From contig JAHIEG010000004.1 in NCBI GenBank assembly GCA_018901655.1, forward strand, positions 4,267 to 68,266: DNA of 64,000 bases, written 5' to 3'. This DNA is from Nanobdellota archaeon (GTDB lineage Archaea; Aenigmatarchaeota; Aenigmatarchaeia; Aenigmatarchaeales; Aenigmatarchaeaceae). Shown here piece after piece: positions 1-10,034 of the stretch. Below the pieces are notes generated by a model. It was not told the origin of the DNA. It did no database searches and worked only from the letters and a program-made list of their open reading frames with translations. How positions within the stretch are numbered: the stretch's first letter is position 1; each line of letters starts with the position of its first letter. The position numbers and the translations under genes were made by a program.

Positions 1-2
1 TA

Positions 3-1433
3 GCAAGAGCAATGAAAGCGTACTTAGGATTACCAGCTAAAGAATTAAAAATTGAAGATTCAAAGTTTACAATCAATGGCGAATCAGAAGTTAGACCAAT
101 CTTCTTAGCAGCAATTGTTGAAGGTGTTGAAATGACAGATGAATTAGTTAAATCATTAATGCAGATTCAAGAAAAACTTCATGGATCAGTTGGAAGAGAT
201 AGAAAAAAAGTTGCAATCGGAGTTCATGATTTAGATACAATACAGGGTTTAGCAATTGAATATCATGATGTAGATGATATTACATTTGTACCACTTCAAG
301 AAACTAGAGAGATGAATATTAAACAAATTTTGAATGAACATCCAAAAGGAAAAACTTATGCTCACTTACTAAATGATTCTTATCCAGTGTTTACTGACAA
401 AGAAGGTGTTTTAAGTTTTCCACCAATAATTAATTCTGATCGAACTAAAGTTACATCTAAAACTAAAAATTTATTTATCGACGTAACTGGAACAGATAGA
501 AAAGCTGTTGAACAATGTCTAAATATTATACTAACTAATATTGTAGAAAGAAAAGGAGTAATCAAAACAGTTAAAGTAAATAAAGAAAAGTTTCCAAAAC
601 TTAATCCGTCTTCAATCATTATAACAAAAGAAGAAATAAATAATTTATTAGGTTTAGAATTAGATGAAACACAAATTAAAAGTTATTTAGAAAAAATGTT
701 ATACACTGTTAAAGCAAAAGGTGGAAGGATAACAGTTTCTATTCCTCCTTACCGTTCTGATATTTTACATCCAGTTGATATAATAGAAGATGTTGCAATT
801 GGTTATGGTTATGATAAGTTTGTACCAACTGTTCCTAAATTAGCAACAATAGGTAATTTAAGTGAAAAAGAAGTGTTTACAAGAAAGGTTAGAGAAACCA
901 TGATTGGTTTTGGATTTAATGAATTTTTAAATTTTGTTTTAAGCTCTAAAGAAAATAATTTTGATAATATGTTAACCGGTGGAGAAGCAGTTGAATTAGT
1001 AAATCCTGTTTCATCTGAATATTCAGTTTGTAGAACTTGGATAACACCTTCATTAGTAAAAGTATTATCACACAATTTACATAATGAGTATCCTCAAAAA
1101 ATATTTGAAGTTGGTGATATAGTATTATTTGATAATTCAAAAGAAACTAAGACTAGAACAGTTAGATGTTTAGCTGGTGCAATTTCTCATGACAATGCTA
1201 ATTTGACAGAAATTAAATCCATAGTAGAAGGTGTATTAAATGAAATTGGAATTAAATTTGATATTAAATCAATAAATCATCCATCATTTATTCCAACTCG
1301 GTGTGGAGAGATATTTGTTAATACTAAGAGTATAGGATTCTTTGGAGAATTACATCCAAGAGTTTTAGAAAAGTGGGGTCTTGAAAGATCTGTAATTAGT
1401 TTTGAAATTAACTTAGAGGGATTATATGGATAG
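3..1433 (+). CDS. pheT: phenylalanyl-tRNA synthetase beta subunit (archaeal PheT), 5' partial: frame open to window edge
   Basis: Translation has the archaeal PheT B3/4 and catalytic-like C-terminal domains (…GVHDLD…, …[11 protein letters not shown]…, …FGELHP…). The frame is open upstream of the first ATG at 12. Confidence 0.8.
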   Translation, partial: ARAMKAYLGLPAKELKIEDSKFTINGESEVRPIFLAAIVEGVEMTDELVKSLMQIQEKLHGSVGRDRKKVAIGVHDLDTIQGLAIEYHDVDDITFVPLQETREMNIKQILNEHPKGKTYAHLLNDSYPVFTDKEGVLSFPPIINSDRTKVTSKTKNLFIDVTGTDRKAVEQCLNIILTNIVERKGVIKTVKVNKEKFPKLNPSSIIITKEEINNLLGLELDETQIKSYLEKMLYTVKAKGGRITVSIPPYRSDILHPVDIIEDVAIGYGYDKFVPTVPKLATIGNLSEKEVFTRKVRETMIGFGFNEFLNFVLSSKENNFDNMLTGGEAVELVNPVSSEYSVCRTWITPSLVKVLSHNLHNEYPQKIFEVGDIVLFDNSKETKTRTVRCLAGAISHDNANLTEIKSIVEGVLNEIGIKFDIKSINHPSFIPTRCGEIFVNTKSIGFFGELHPRVLEKWGLERSVISFEINLEGLYG

Positions 1434-1962
1434 TTTATTCCATTTCATATTTCCAATAATTGGAGCGCTTGCTGCTAAAGTTCACATTAAACATCCAATT
1501 AGAAATATTTTACTTGTTGCTGCACTTACGGTTCTAATTGATATTGATCATTTTATTGGACTAGAAAGAGCAACGTTTCACAATGTTTTTATAACAGTTC
1601 TTTTACCAATCGCGTTTATTGTGTGGGCATTTTCTCTTAAAAAGAATTTTTACATGAAAGCTTTTTCAATACTATTATTAATATTCCTTTCAAGCCATGT
1701 AATGTTAGACGTATTTACTGAACCAGGAGTTGCATTACTCTATCCATTTAGTTCTGAATATTATTCAATAGCATTTAATGTAGCAGTTCCTCTTACAAGT
1801 CAATTTGCAAGTGAAGGTTTAATCATATCATCAATTAGTATTGGGATATTATTATTTTTCATATTAGTTATACTCCCATGTTATTTCTTAGATGAGATAA
1901 TAGTTATTATGGAAAAGAAACATGAAAGTTTTTGGAAAGCTGTTAAAGATTTAAAGCATTAA
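1426..1962 (+). CDS. membrane-bound metal-dependent hydrolase-like protein (DUF457/YdjM-like), polytopic membrane
   Basis: Hydrophobic throughout with a conserved H…D…DIDH motif pattern. Start overlaps the pheT stop. Confidence 0.4.
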   Translation: MDSLFHFIFPIIGALAAKVHIKHPIRNILLVAALTVLIDIDHFIGLERATFHNVFITVLLPIAFIVWAFSLKKNFYMKAFSILLLIFLSSHVMLDVFTEPGVALLYPFSSEYYSIAFNVAVPLTSQFASEGLIISSISIGILLFFILVILPCYFLDEIIVIMEKKHESFWKAVKDLKH

Positions 1963-2752
1963 ACCATCCATCCAAATACTCTTTCAAACCAGTTTCCTTC
2001 TTTTTCTACAAACTCTGAACCAGAAATTTGTGCAGCCAATCTTCTAAACTCTTTAGATGATTTAGAACTTGGACTATTTTTTACAACTGGTATCTTACAC
2101 GCAATAGATCTTGGAATAGCAATATCTTCTGGAATAATAGAAATAATAGGTTTTTCTAACATGTGCTGAACATTTTCTATACTCATTTCATGTTTTAATC
2201 CTCTATATCGATTGATAACAATTCCTCGTACTGGTGTTCCAAATTGTTCAGCAATTTTAACAGTTTTTAATGCATCTGTTACTGCTGGAAGTTCTGGATT
2301 TGTTACAACTATAATTTCATCAGCAACGTTTATTGCAGCTAATGCTTCTTTACCAAGTCCTGCTGCTGCATCTATGATTATAATATCTGCTCTTCCTAAA
2401 AGATTAAGCATAACAGAATAAAGTTTTTCAATTCCAGTCTCTGCCATATCATCTGTCTTTAAAGAAGCTGGAATAATTTTTAATCCTGATTCGTGTTCAT
2501 ATATTGCTTCTGTTGCATCTACATCTCCTCTAAGTACGTCGTGTAAAGTTACTGGATAAAATGGTATTCCAAGATGTAGTGATAAATTTGGTGTTGTAAC
2601 ATTTGCATCTACTATTATTACTCTTTTTCCTTGTTTTATTAGAGACAATCCCAGGTTGGTTACAGTAGTGGTTTTTTCGGCCAAAAAAACAATATTTTAT
2701 TGGATTCCGACACCGCCCTTTCCCGAAATTATGCTTAGGACTCTAGTCATTT
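1959..2752 (-). pseudogene. minD: MinD/ParA-family cell-division ATPase with interrupted reading frame: a 30-nt insertion carrying an in-frame TAA sits inside the Walker A motif
   Basis: ATG at 2752 (overlapping the TGA of the upstream gene as ATGA) encodes MTRVLSIISGKGGVG, then IQ*NIVFLAE, then KTTTVTNLG… The rest of the protein is an intact MinD. The track ORF 1959..2684 starts at a TTG inside the insertion. Confidence 0.6.
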
Positions 2753-3887
2753 TTTTCTCCTCCACATAGCTGGTTTTGTTCTACTAAACTCAATTTTTTC
2801 GATTAGTTCTTTATTTCGAAATTTAGTTAAGTGTTTATACACAGCTGTATATGTCATATCTAATTGGAACATTAAGCTATAAATGGTTTTCGGTTTATCT
2901 AATTTATCATAAACTAACCACTGCCCTCTACCATCTTTTAATTTAAATTTCTGATAACTATTTAACAAATTATTTAAGCTATTTATTTTGTCTTTTGAAG
3001 TGAATCCAATTACATCTCTATATTTCACAAAATTGTCATATCCATGAATTCCTAGAACCAGCTGTATTGTTCTTCCGTTTTTACCAATTAGTATATTTTC
3101 TTGTCTTATAGAAGTAACCTCTATTCCGAGTTCTTCTATCAGTTGTCTGAGTTGGTTCATAAACTTGTAAAACGAATCCATATAATTCTCATTTTTAGAG
3201 AGTTTGAAAAGAATTTCCTTGCTACCAACCTTAACTGTAGACTCGTCGTCAAATAGTGCTCTAATAAAACTTTTCCTAACTTCCCTATTTCCACTTCTTA
3301 TCCATTTTGGGATCTCAAATTCTGTCGTAATCTTGTTTCCTACTATCGCCCCGGCCAAATTAAGTGTATCGCCTATTATTCTACTATAGCCTCTTGTTAT
3401 AACCTTATAGAAATGTTCATGGTAATGAGCGCATCTAAATATTTGTTTTATATATTTTAAAACTTCTTCTTGTAATTCATAACTACCATTAGTATACTCA
3501 AAACAGTGTGATTTACTATTGATATGACCATCACTTAAAGCGTGCCCGACTAATGATGCTAATTCTTTAGAAAGTTTTACTGGAAACTGGTCTAGTGTAA
3601 AAAAACAACCATTTTTATTATTTAATCTTATTTTTTTTAATATTATTCTTTAAAACTTTAATATCAATTTTGAGAACTTTACATACATCAAGCCATTTAT
3701 CAAATGTTATAAATCTATTTTCTTTAAGAATTTCTCCAAAAGAAGATTTGCATAAAACTTTTGTCTGAATTTCAAACTGTCTTAAAGAACCATATTTCTC
3801 ACAAATTCTATATTTAACAAGATTTCTAAACCCCTGTGTTAATTCTAAATAATAATTAAGACCTATCAAATTTTCTAGTTTTATCAT
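2749..3887 (-). pseudogene. N-terminal XRE-like HTH fused to a double-motif LAGLIDADG domain; two reading frames joined only by a +1 shift in an A8 run (plus-strand T8 at 3631..3638)
   Basis: Frame 1 (3887..3615) gives an HTH (…LRQFEIQTKVLCKSSFGEILKENRFITFDKWL…). Frame 2 (3649..2749) gives …LASLVGHALSDGHI… (LAGLIDADG motif 1) and …IRALFDDESTV… (motif 2). Paralogous to the intact gene at 49009..50220. Confidence 0.55.
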
Positions 3888-4002
3888 TAATTATCTGTAA
3901 ACAAAGTTGGGTATAAATGTTCTTTTACTCAGAAAGTAGAGAAATCACAGTAATAACTCTTGTCATAGTAAATTATGGTATAACAAAGAATAAAAAGCTT
4001 AT

Positions 4003-4311
4003 TTACGCGAGTTTCTCTAATGCTTCTTCCCAACGTCTCCTTACATCTGGTGTAAGAATTGGCATATTGTCTCTTGGTCTCCTTGGCATACAAGATTTGG
4101 TTCTATCTATACCAAGAATTTCGTCCATAAGACCTGGATCTAATACTATTTCACGCAATTCTATCAAATAATCTATATATTTTTCAACCCCGCCCATATG
4201 TTCTCTAGGAATATTTTTATACTCTTGACAGAATTCGCTAGATGTAATTTCGCGTTTTTCATATTTTTCATAAAGTTCTTTAACTTTATTGAGAGAAGGA
4301 TATTTGTCCAT
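4003..4311 (-). CDS. hypothetical protein
   Basis: 102-aa ORF with coding-like composition and no recognisable motif. Confidence 0.35.
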   Translation of the reverse strand: MDKYPSLNKVKELYEKYEKREITSSEFCQEYKNIPREHMGGVEKYIDYLIELREIVLDPGLMDEILGIDRTKSCMPRRPRDNMPILTPDVRRRWEEALEKLA

Positions 4312-4343
4312 AATACTAATTAGTAGAAAAACTATTTATAATA

Positions 4344-4616
4344 CTACTCCAATTTCCCTTCTTGAATATATTCGTCTATTATTTCAGTTAACATGCATAC
4401 TGGAATTCTAAGACTCTGATGCAAATCTGCTATATCAGATGTTCCCTTCATTTGAAAATACATCGCAACTTCTTTCTTTGCGTCTTCATAAACTATCTCT
4501 CTTTCAATAACTTCTCCTTCAATAATCTTGCCATCCTCAATAATCATTGTTTTAACCATAATACTAATTTGAAGAAAAGGGTATTTATATCCAGCCCATC
4601 CACATTGAAATTCCAA
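4344..4616 (-). CDS. hypothetical protein (true start possibly the internal MVKTMIIEDG…)
   Basis: ORF only. Confidence 0.3.
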   Translation of the reverse strand: MEFQCGWAGYKYPFLQISIMVKTMIIEDGKIIEGEVIEREIVYEDAKKEVAMYFQMKGTSDIADLHQSLRIPVCMLTEIIDEYIQEGKLE

Positions 4617-5661
4617 GTGCGAACATTAGTAAAGCGATTAAAAGATGAGTGTACTTCCAAACGTTCTTTCTAACCTTACTCGTCTTTTCAATACTCGAAA
4701 CTCCAAAATATATCATAAATACAAGTCCGATCATTGGTAAAATAAATATCAAATTATAAACCAATAAAAGTGGTAAAGCTGTTGTCCAAACCATTTCAGA
4801 TAATATCCCTCCAGCTACAAAGTATGGACCAATTGTACAAGGAGTTAAAAAGAGTGAAACGATTAAACCTGTTACAAATGCTCCAGGCACTGATGCTGTT
4901 TTTGATATTATTGCTCTCATCTTTGGTCTCCAACCTAAAGGCACTTCTGCTAAAGGCTTATCTGGAGTAAAGAAATCTTTCAAATTAATCAGACCTAATA
5001 AGATTGCAAAGCTTGCTAAAACTTTATAGAGAATTGATGAATTAAAACTTGCTAAACCACTTAATGATTTAAATCCTAAAACTATAAGTGATCCAAAAAT
5101 AAAATACACAGAAAATACTGCTAATGCAAAAGCAAGTCCTGCCCAAAGTATCTTTTTCTTTTTATCTGGATTTCTAATCATTATTGCTGTAAGTAACATT
5201 GTAAGAACTGCTAATTCACAAGGACTGACTGCATCTGCTGCAGCAAGTGCCATTAACTTTCCTAAATGCATTTCTTCAGGCTCGTTTATACATGTTGGTG
5301 TTTGACATCCAAATTCAATTGCTTTTTCTATCTCAACATCAAGTCCGTTTATACAAGGAATATCTCCTACACAAGTATAATCTGATATAAAGACTCTAGG
5401 AACTGAACCCCATTCGTTAGTTGGAACTCCATAATCAGTTAGCATATGTTTAAACAATTCTTGTTCAACTGATGCATCGTGTTTTATTAAAGTTAAATTA
5501 GTATATTTGACAGCCCAATCTTCTAAATATGGTTCTAAATTAACACAGTGAGGACACCCTTCTAGTCCAAAGTAATGTAATTCATGAACCTCTGCTAGCG
5601 CAGGTGTAACTAGTAAAATGAAAATCAAAATTGGAATTAAGATTTTATTCATACTGTTCAT
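4585..5661 (-). CDS. secreted thioredoxin-fold domain (CPHC) fused to a CcdA/DsbD-type transmembrane thiol-disulfide electron transporter
   Basis: N-terminal signal peptide and a CPHC redox motif, followed by a polytopic domain with the two conserved Cys of CcdA (…SPCELAV…, …TPCTIGP…). Confidence 0.7.
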   Translation of the reverse strand: MNSMNKILIPILIFILLVTPALAEVHELHYFGLEGCPHCVNLEPYLEDWAVKYTNLTLIKHDASVEQELFKHMLTDYGVPTNEWGSVPRVFISDYTCVGDIPCINGLDVEIEKAIEFGCQTPTCINEPEEMHLGKLMALAAADAVSPCELAVLTMLLTAIMIRNPDKKKKILWAGLAFALAVFSVYFIFGSLIVLGFKSLSGLASFNSSILYKVLASFAILLGLINLKDFFTPDKPLAEVPLGWRPKMRAIISKTASVPGAFVTGLIVSLFLTPCTIGPYFVAGGILSEMVWTTALPLLLVYNLIFILPMIGLVFMIYFGVSSIEKTSKVRKNVWKYTHLLIALLMFALGISMWMGWI

Positions 5662-5736
5662 AGAATTATTTAACGGTGTTACATTTAAAATATGTGGATT
5701 CTGAGGAATGTTACTAAAAGGTGTGGTGGACTTAAA

Positions 5737-5934
5737 CTATTTTTTCCAAATTCTTATTTGCACCATTACTGCACAAACCAATGATATGATCAAAAAGTAC
5801 CAAGGATTGATACTATTAACCCAATTCATTAAAGTAGGCCAGATTGTTATTGCAAATAATACAAAAGCTACAACAGCAATTTTTACTAAAGCTAAATCAA
5901 GTAGTTTTAACTTTTTCATTTGTTTTTCAAACAT
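5737..5934 (-). CDS. small membrane protein (2 TM), hypothetical
   Basis: 65-aa hydrophobic ORF, ending near the tRNA 3' end. Weak. Confidence 0.25.
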   Translation of the reverse strand: MFEKQMKKLKLLDLALVKIAVVAFVLFAITIWPTLMNWVNSINPWYFLIISLVCAVMVQIRIWKK

Positions 5935-5954
5935 GTTTTCACCTCTAATTATAA

Positions 5955-6032
5955 TGGTGCCCTCGACGGGATTCGAACCCGCGACTTTCTGATTAGAAGT
6001 CAGACACTCTATCCAAGCTGAGTTACGGGGGC
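5955..6032 (-). tRNA. tRNA-Arg (anticodon UCU), CCA encoded
   Basis: Reverse complement folds as a cloverleaf: acceptor GCCCCCG/CGAGGGC (one C·A mismatch at 5:68), D-arm ACTC…GAGT, anticodon stem TCTGA/TCAGA with loop CTTCTAA, T-arm GCGGG-TTCGAAT-CCCGT, 3' ACCA. Confidence 0.85.
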
Positions 6033-6081
6033 ATAATAAATATAGTAATTTAATAGAATTTAAAAGAATAAAAGGATGGGT

Positions 6082-6753
6082 CTATTGACCCTGCTGTCCA
6101 GAACTATTACCTTCAAATCCGTTTCCTTCTGTGTTCTGTTCTTGGTTCTGGGTTTCTCCCTGATTTTGCTCTTGATTCATTTCTTGTGCACAGTCGCATG
6201 TTTCTCCTTCTAAACAATCCCCTTGACATGTTTCTACTCCTGTACAACCTCCATCACATTCTTGAAGTCTTTCTCTTATTCTTTCTCTAATCTGTGATGT
6301 TGATTCTATTGCTTGATCTATTCCTGCTCGAGCTTCTTCAGGCACTCTCGATCTAAGTCTTTGTAAAACCTGTGTTTGTGTCTGTGCTGCTTCTTGAACT
6401 TTTGCTCCAAGTTCTGTTGTTGTTTCAGTAACTTCTTCTATATTTTCAATATACTCTTGAACTTTTTCCATTCTATATTGATATCTTTCAACCAATTGAT
6501 TCGTATATTGATATTCTCCAAGTTCATCTAATTCTTCAACTTCAGCCATTCTTCTAAGAGCATAAGCATATTGTAGTTTTGCTTTAGCTTCTTGTCTAAA
6601 TGTAAATGCAAGTGCTAAACCTTCTCCCATTTTCTTAAATCCATAAGACCAATGAGTTGGAAGTGCTCCTACATCTACTCCGAAGCTATTTGCTGCAACT
6701 ACAGGTGTTGCAAATACTAAGATTCCCATAATTATTGCTAATATTTTTTTCAT
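6082..6753 (-). CDS. secreted coiled-coil protein with a Cys-rich, Gln/Glu-rich C-terminus; hypothetical
   Basis: Signal peptide MKKILAIIMGILVFATPVVA, heptad-like central region, C-terminal CDGGCTGVETCQGDCLEGETCDC. Confidence 0.5.
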   Translation of the reverse strand: MKKILAIIMGILVFATPVVAANSFGVDVGALPTHWSYGFKKMGEGLALAFTFRQEAKAKLQYAYALRRMAEVEELDELGEYQYTNQLVERYQYRMEKVQEYIENIEEVTETTTELGAKVQEAAQTQTQVLQRLRSRVPEEARAGIDQAIESTSQIRERIRERLQECDGGCTGVETCQGDCLEGETCDCAQEMNQEQNQGETQNQEQNTEGNGFEGNSSGQQGQ

Positions 6754-6833
6754 ATAATCACTAAGTATATATTTGGGAACATCATATAAATGTATATGTG
6801 GAGAGACTGTTCGATATTGGGTGAATTAGAGTT

Positions 6834-7190
6834 ATGATAAACTTAGAACCAAAAATCACAAGAAAACGATTAATCGTAGAAGGAAGGTATACGATAAAAA
6901 TCGACGAAGAAATTATCAAAAACTTCTTAATCAAGTTAACTGAAAATTTAAAAATGAAAAAAATAATAGAACCTATTATATTTACTCCAAATGAACTTAA
7001 ACACCCAATACACCATGGAATAGCTGGTTTTATTGGTTGGGCAGAATCTGGAGGATCGGTTTATACTTGGGACAAATTTAATTTTTTTACTGTTGATATA
7101 TATACTTGTAAAGGATTCTCAGTAGAAGATGCTATAGAATTTATTAAAGATTATTTTAAAACAAGTGAGTTGGAATATCAAGAAATCTAA
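6834..7190 (+). CDS. speH: pyruvoyl-dependent decarboxylase proenzyme, SpeH family (S-adenosylmethionine or arginine decarboxylase)
   Basis: …AESGGSVYTWDKF…VDIYTCKGF… aligns to the SpeH ES(H) self-cleavage and DLFTCG motifs. Size (118 aa) fits. Confidence 0.6.
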   Translation: MINLEPKITRKRLIVEGRYTIKIDEEIIKNFLIKLTENLKMKKIIEPIIFTPNELKHPIHHGIAGFIGWAESGGSVYTWDKFNFFTVDIYTCKGFSVEDAIEFIKDYFKTSELEYQEI

Positions 7191-7201
7191 ATGGTAATAC
7201 T

Positions 7202-9808
7202 ATGACAGATTTTAAAAAGATTGAAGCAAAATGGCAAAAGAAATGGATAGAGTCAAAAATATTTGAAACCAAAGATAAAGGTAAAAAAATGTATATTCTT
7301 GAAATGTACCCCTATCCTTCTGGCTATGGTCTTCACATGGGTCATGCAAGAAACTATTCTATTGGTGATTCCTTTGCACGATTTAGAAGAATGCAAGGAT
7401 TTAATGTAATTTATCCAATGGGGTGGGATTCGTTTGGACTACCAGCTGAAAACGATGCAATTGAAAAGGGTATTCATCCAAATGAAAATATAAAGAAAAA
7501 CATTATTGTAATGAAAGAGCAAGCAAAAAGATTAAGTTTAAGCTATGATTGGTCAAAAGAATTAAACACCGCAGATCCAAATTATTATAAATGGACACAG
7601 TGGTTATTTTTAAAATTACTTGAATCTGGTTTAGCATATAGAAAATATGCACTAGGCAACTGGTGTCCTGGATGTCAAACAACTTTAGCTAATGAAGATG
7701 TTAAATCCGGAAAATGCTGGAGATGTGATTCTGAAGTTATTCAAAAAGATATTCAACAGTGGTTCTTTAAAATTACAAACTATGCTGATCGTTTATTAAA
7801 CGATATAGACAATGTAGACTGGTCTGAACGATTAAAAACAACCCAAAAAAATTGGATTGGTAAAAGTAATGGAGTAGATTTAATATTCCCTATTAAAGAT
7901 TCTAAAAAAGAAATTAAAACCTTTACAACAAGACCTGATACATATTTTGGAATTACATTTTTAGCAATGGCGCCTGAACATGAAATGGTTAACGAACTAA
8001 TTGAAAATAGTTCAAATAAAAAAGAGATTGAAAATTTTATTAAAGAAACTAGAAAATTAAGTGAACTTGAAAGAACTGCTTTACTAAAGGAAAAAAAAGG
8101 TGTGTTTACTGAAAAATATGCTATTAATCCAATTACGAAGGAAGAGATTCCAATATGGCTAGGAAATTATGTTGTATCAAGTTATGGAACTGGTGTAGTT
8201 ATTGCTGTTCCTGCTCACGATCAAAGAGATTTTGAGTTTGCAAAGCAAAATAAATTAAAAATAAAGATGGTTATCCAACCTAAAGACAGCGAACTGGATG
8301 CAAATAAAATAAAAGAGGCTTTTGTCGATGAAGGTGTAATGGCTAACTCTCCAGGATTTAATGGAACATATTCTAAAAACGCGAGTAAAGAAATTACTGA
8401 TTATCTTGTTAAAATGAAATGGGCTGAAAAAACAGTTAATTATAAATTAAGAGATTGGAATATTTCAAGACAAAGATATTGGGGTGCACCAATTCCAATT
8501 ATTTACTGTGATAAGTGTGGAATTGTTCCTGTTCCAGAAAAAGAATTACCTGTTGAATTACCACTTAATGTTGAATTTGGAAAGAAAGGAAGTACGCCTC
8601 TGGCTACAGATGAAAAGTTTATTAACACCAAGTGTCCAGTCTGTAAAGGTTCAGCAAAAAGAGAAACCGATACAATGACTACGTTTGTAGATTCTGCTTG
8701 GTATTATCTTAGATATTGTTCTCCTAATGATAAAGAAATATTTAATAAAAAGCTAGTTAACTATTGGATGCCAGTTGATCAATATATTGGTGGTATTGAA
8801 CATGCTGTTGGACACCTATTGTATTCTAGGTTTATTACAAAATTTTTAAAAGATAAAAAATATTTAGATTTTGATGAGCCATTTATGAAATTATTAAACC
8901 ATGGTATGGTGAATCTTGGTGGAAGTAAAATGAGTAAATCAAAGGGAAACGTAGTTGATCCACTAATTACAATTGAAAAGTATGGTGCCGATGCATTAAG
9001 AACATATTTATTATTTATGGCCAATCCGAGCAAAGAGGTTGAATGGTCTGAATCTGAATTAGTTTCAGTTTCTAAATTCATTGAAAAAACATATACTATG
9101 CTTGATCAAATGAAAGAAGCTAAAGGAAATAAATATATAGATAGTGTAGCACAAACTAAAATACAAAAAGTTACAAAACACCTTGAAGATCTTGAACAGA
9201 ACTATGCTGTAATTGAATTAATGGATTTCGCAAATAAATTAAATCGATATCCATCTGAATATGCTTACAAAATATTTTTGAAACTATTATCACCATTTGC
9301 TCCAGCAGTAGCAGAAGAAGTTTGGGAGAAATTAGGAGAAAAGAATTTTATCTCAATTACAAAATGGCCAACTGTTGATGTTAAAAAAATAAATCCAAAA
9401 GTAGAAGCTGGTGAAGAATATATTTATGATGTAATGAATGATATTAAAGAAATAATTAAATTGTCAAAAGTTAATCCAAATAAGATTAGCATCTTTGTAA
9501 CCCCGTCTTGGAAATATGATGTCTACAATATGATTGTAGAAGGTAAAAATCTTAGAGACATAATGAAAGATGAAAAAATAAATAAGCATGGTAAGCAAGC
9601 TACAAATTATATTATGAAATTAAATAAAAAAATTCCTTTAGATGATATGATAATGACAACAACAGTTGAAACAACTGCATTAAAAGAACATAAAAAAGAA
9701 TTTGAAGAAATCTTCAACTGTAAGATTGAAATTATTTCTGCTGAAAAATCAGACGCTCCTAAAGCAAAAATTGCTGAACCAAAGAAACCTGGAATACTAA
9801 TTGAATAG
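7202..9808 (+). CDS. leuS: leucyl-tRNA synthetase (archaeal type)
   Basis: HMGH (HIGH) motif, KMSKS motif, and the CP1 editing region. 868 aa. Confidence 0.95.
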   Translation: MTDFKKIEAKWQKKWIESKIFETKDKGKKMYILEMYPYPSGYGLHMGHARNYSIGDSFARFRRMQGFNVIYPMGWDSFGLPAENDAIEKGIHPNENIKKNIIVMKEQAKRLSLSYDWSKELNTADPNYYKWTQWLFLKLLESGLAYRKYALGNWCPGCQTTLANEDVKSGKCWRCDSEVIQKDIQQWFFKITNYADRLLNDIDNVDWSERLKTTQKNWIGKSNGVDLIFPIKDSKKEIKTFTTRPDTYFGITFLAMAPEHEMVNELIENSSNKKEIENFIKETRKLSELERTALLKEKKGVFTEKYAINPITKEEIPIWLGNYVVSSYGTGVVIAVPAHDQRDFEFAKQNKLKIKMVIQPKDSELDANKIKEAFVDEGVMANSPGFNGTYSKNASKEITDYLVKMKWAEKTVNYKLRDWNISRQRYWGAPIPIIYCDKCGIVPVPEKELPVELPLNVEFGKKGSTPLATDEKFINTKCPVCKGSAKRETDTMTTFVDSAWYYLRYCSPNDKEIFNKKLVNYWMPVDQYIGGIEHAVGHLLYSRFITKFLKDKKYLDFDEPFMKLLNHGMVNLGGSKMSKSKGNVVDPLITIEKYGADALRTYLLFMANPSKEVEWSESELVSVSKFIEKTYTMLDQMKEAKGNKYIDSVAQTKIQKVTKHLEDLEQNYAVIELMDFANKLNRYPSEYAYKIFLKLLSPFAPAVAEEVWEKLGEKNFISITKWPTVDVKKINPKVEAGEEYIYDVMNDIKEIIKLSKVNPNKISIFVTPSWKYDVYNMIVEGKNLRDIMKDEKINKHGKQATNYIMKLNKKIPLDDMIMTTTVETTALKEHKKEFEEIFNCKIEIISAEKSDAPKAKIAEPKKPGILIE

Positions 9809-9875
9809 CTATTCACCGTCACCAAAGTAAATAACATATATAAGGTCTAGAAGCAAAATAATAACTGGTGATAAA

Positions 9876-10034
9876 ATGAATATGACAGAATCTATTGGAA
9901 CAATGCTTGCTGTTCTTGGTTTGTTTATAGTTCTTGCTAGCATACAAACTTTTCAAAAAGATTTTAGTAATGTACCTTTCTGGTTAGGTGTCATATTTAC
10001 AGTAGCAGGTGCTGGAATTGCCAAATCAAAATAA
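9876..10034 (+). CDS. small membrane protein (52 aa, 2 TM), hypothetical; below ORF-track cutoff
   Basis: MNMTESIGTMLAVLGLFIVLASIQTF…WLGVIFTVAGAGIAKSK. Hydrophobic, read directly from the sequence. Confidence 0.25.
   Translation: MNMTESIGTMLAVLGLFIVLASIQTFQKDFSNVPFWLGVIFTVAGAGIAKSK

Noticed and set aside
380-1140. Three short antisense ORFs inside pheT
   Set aside because: Fully embedded in the pheT coding region with no independent support.
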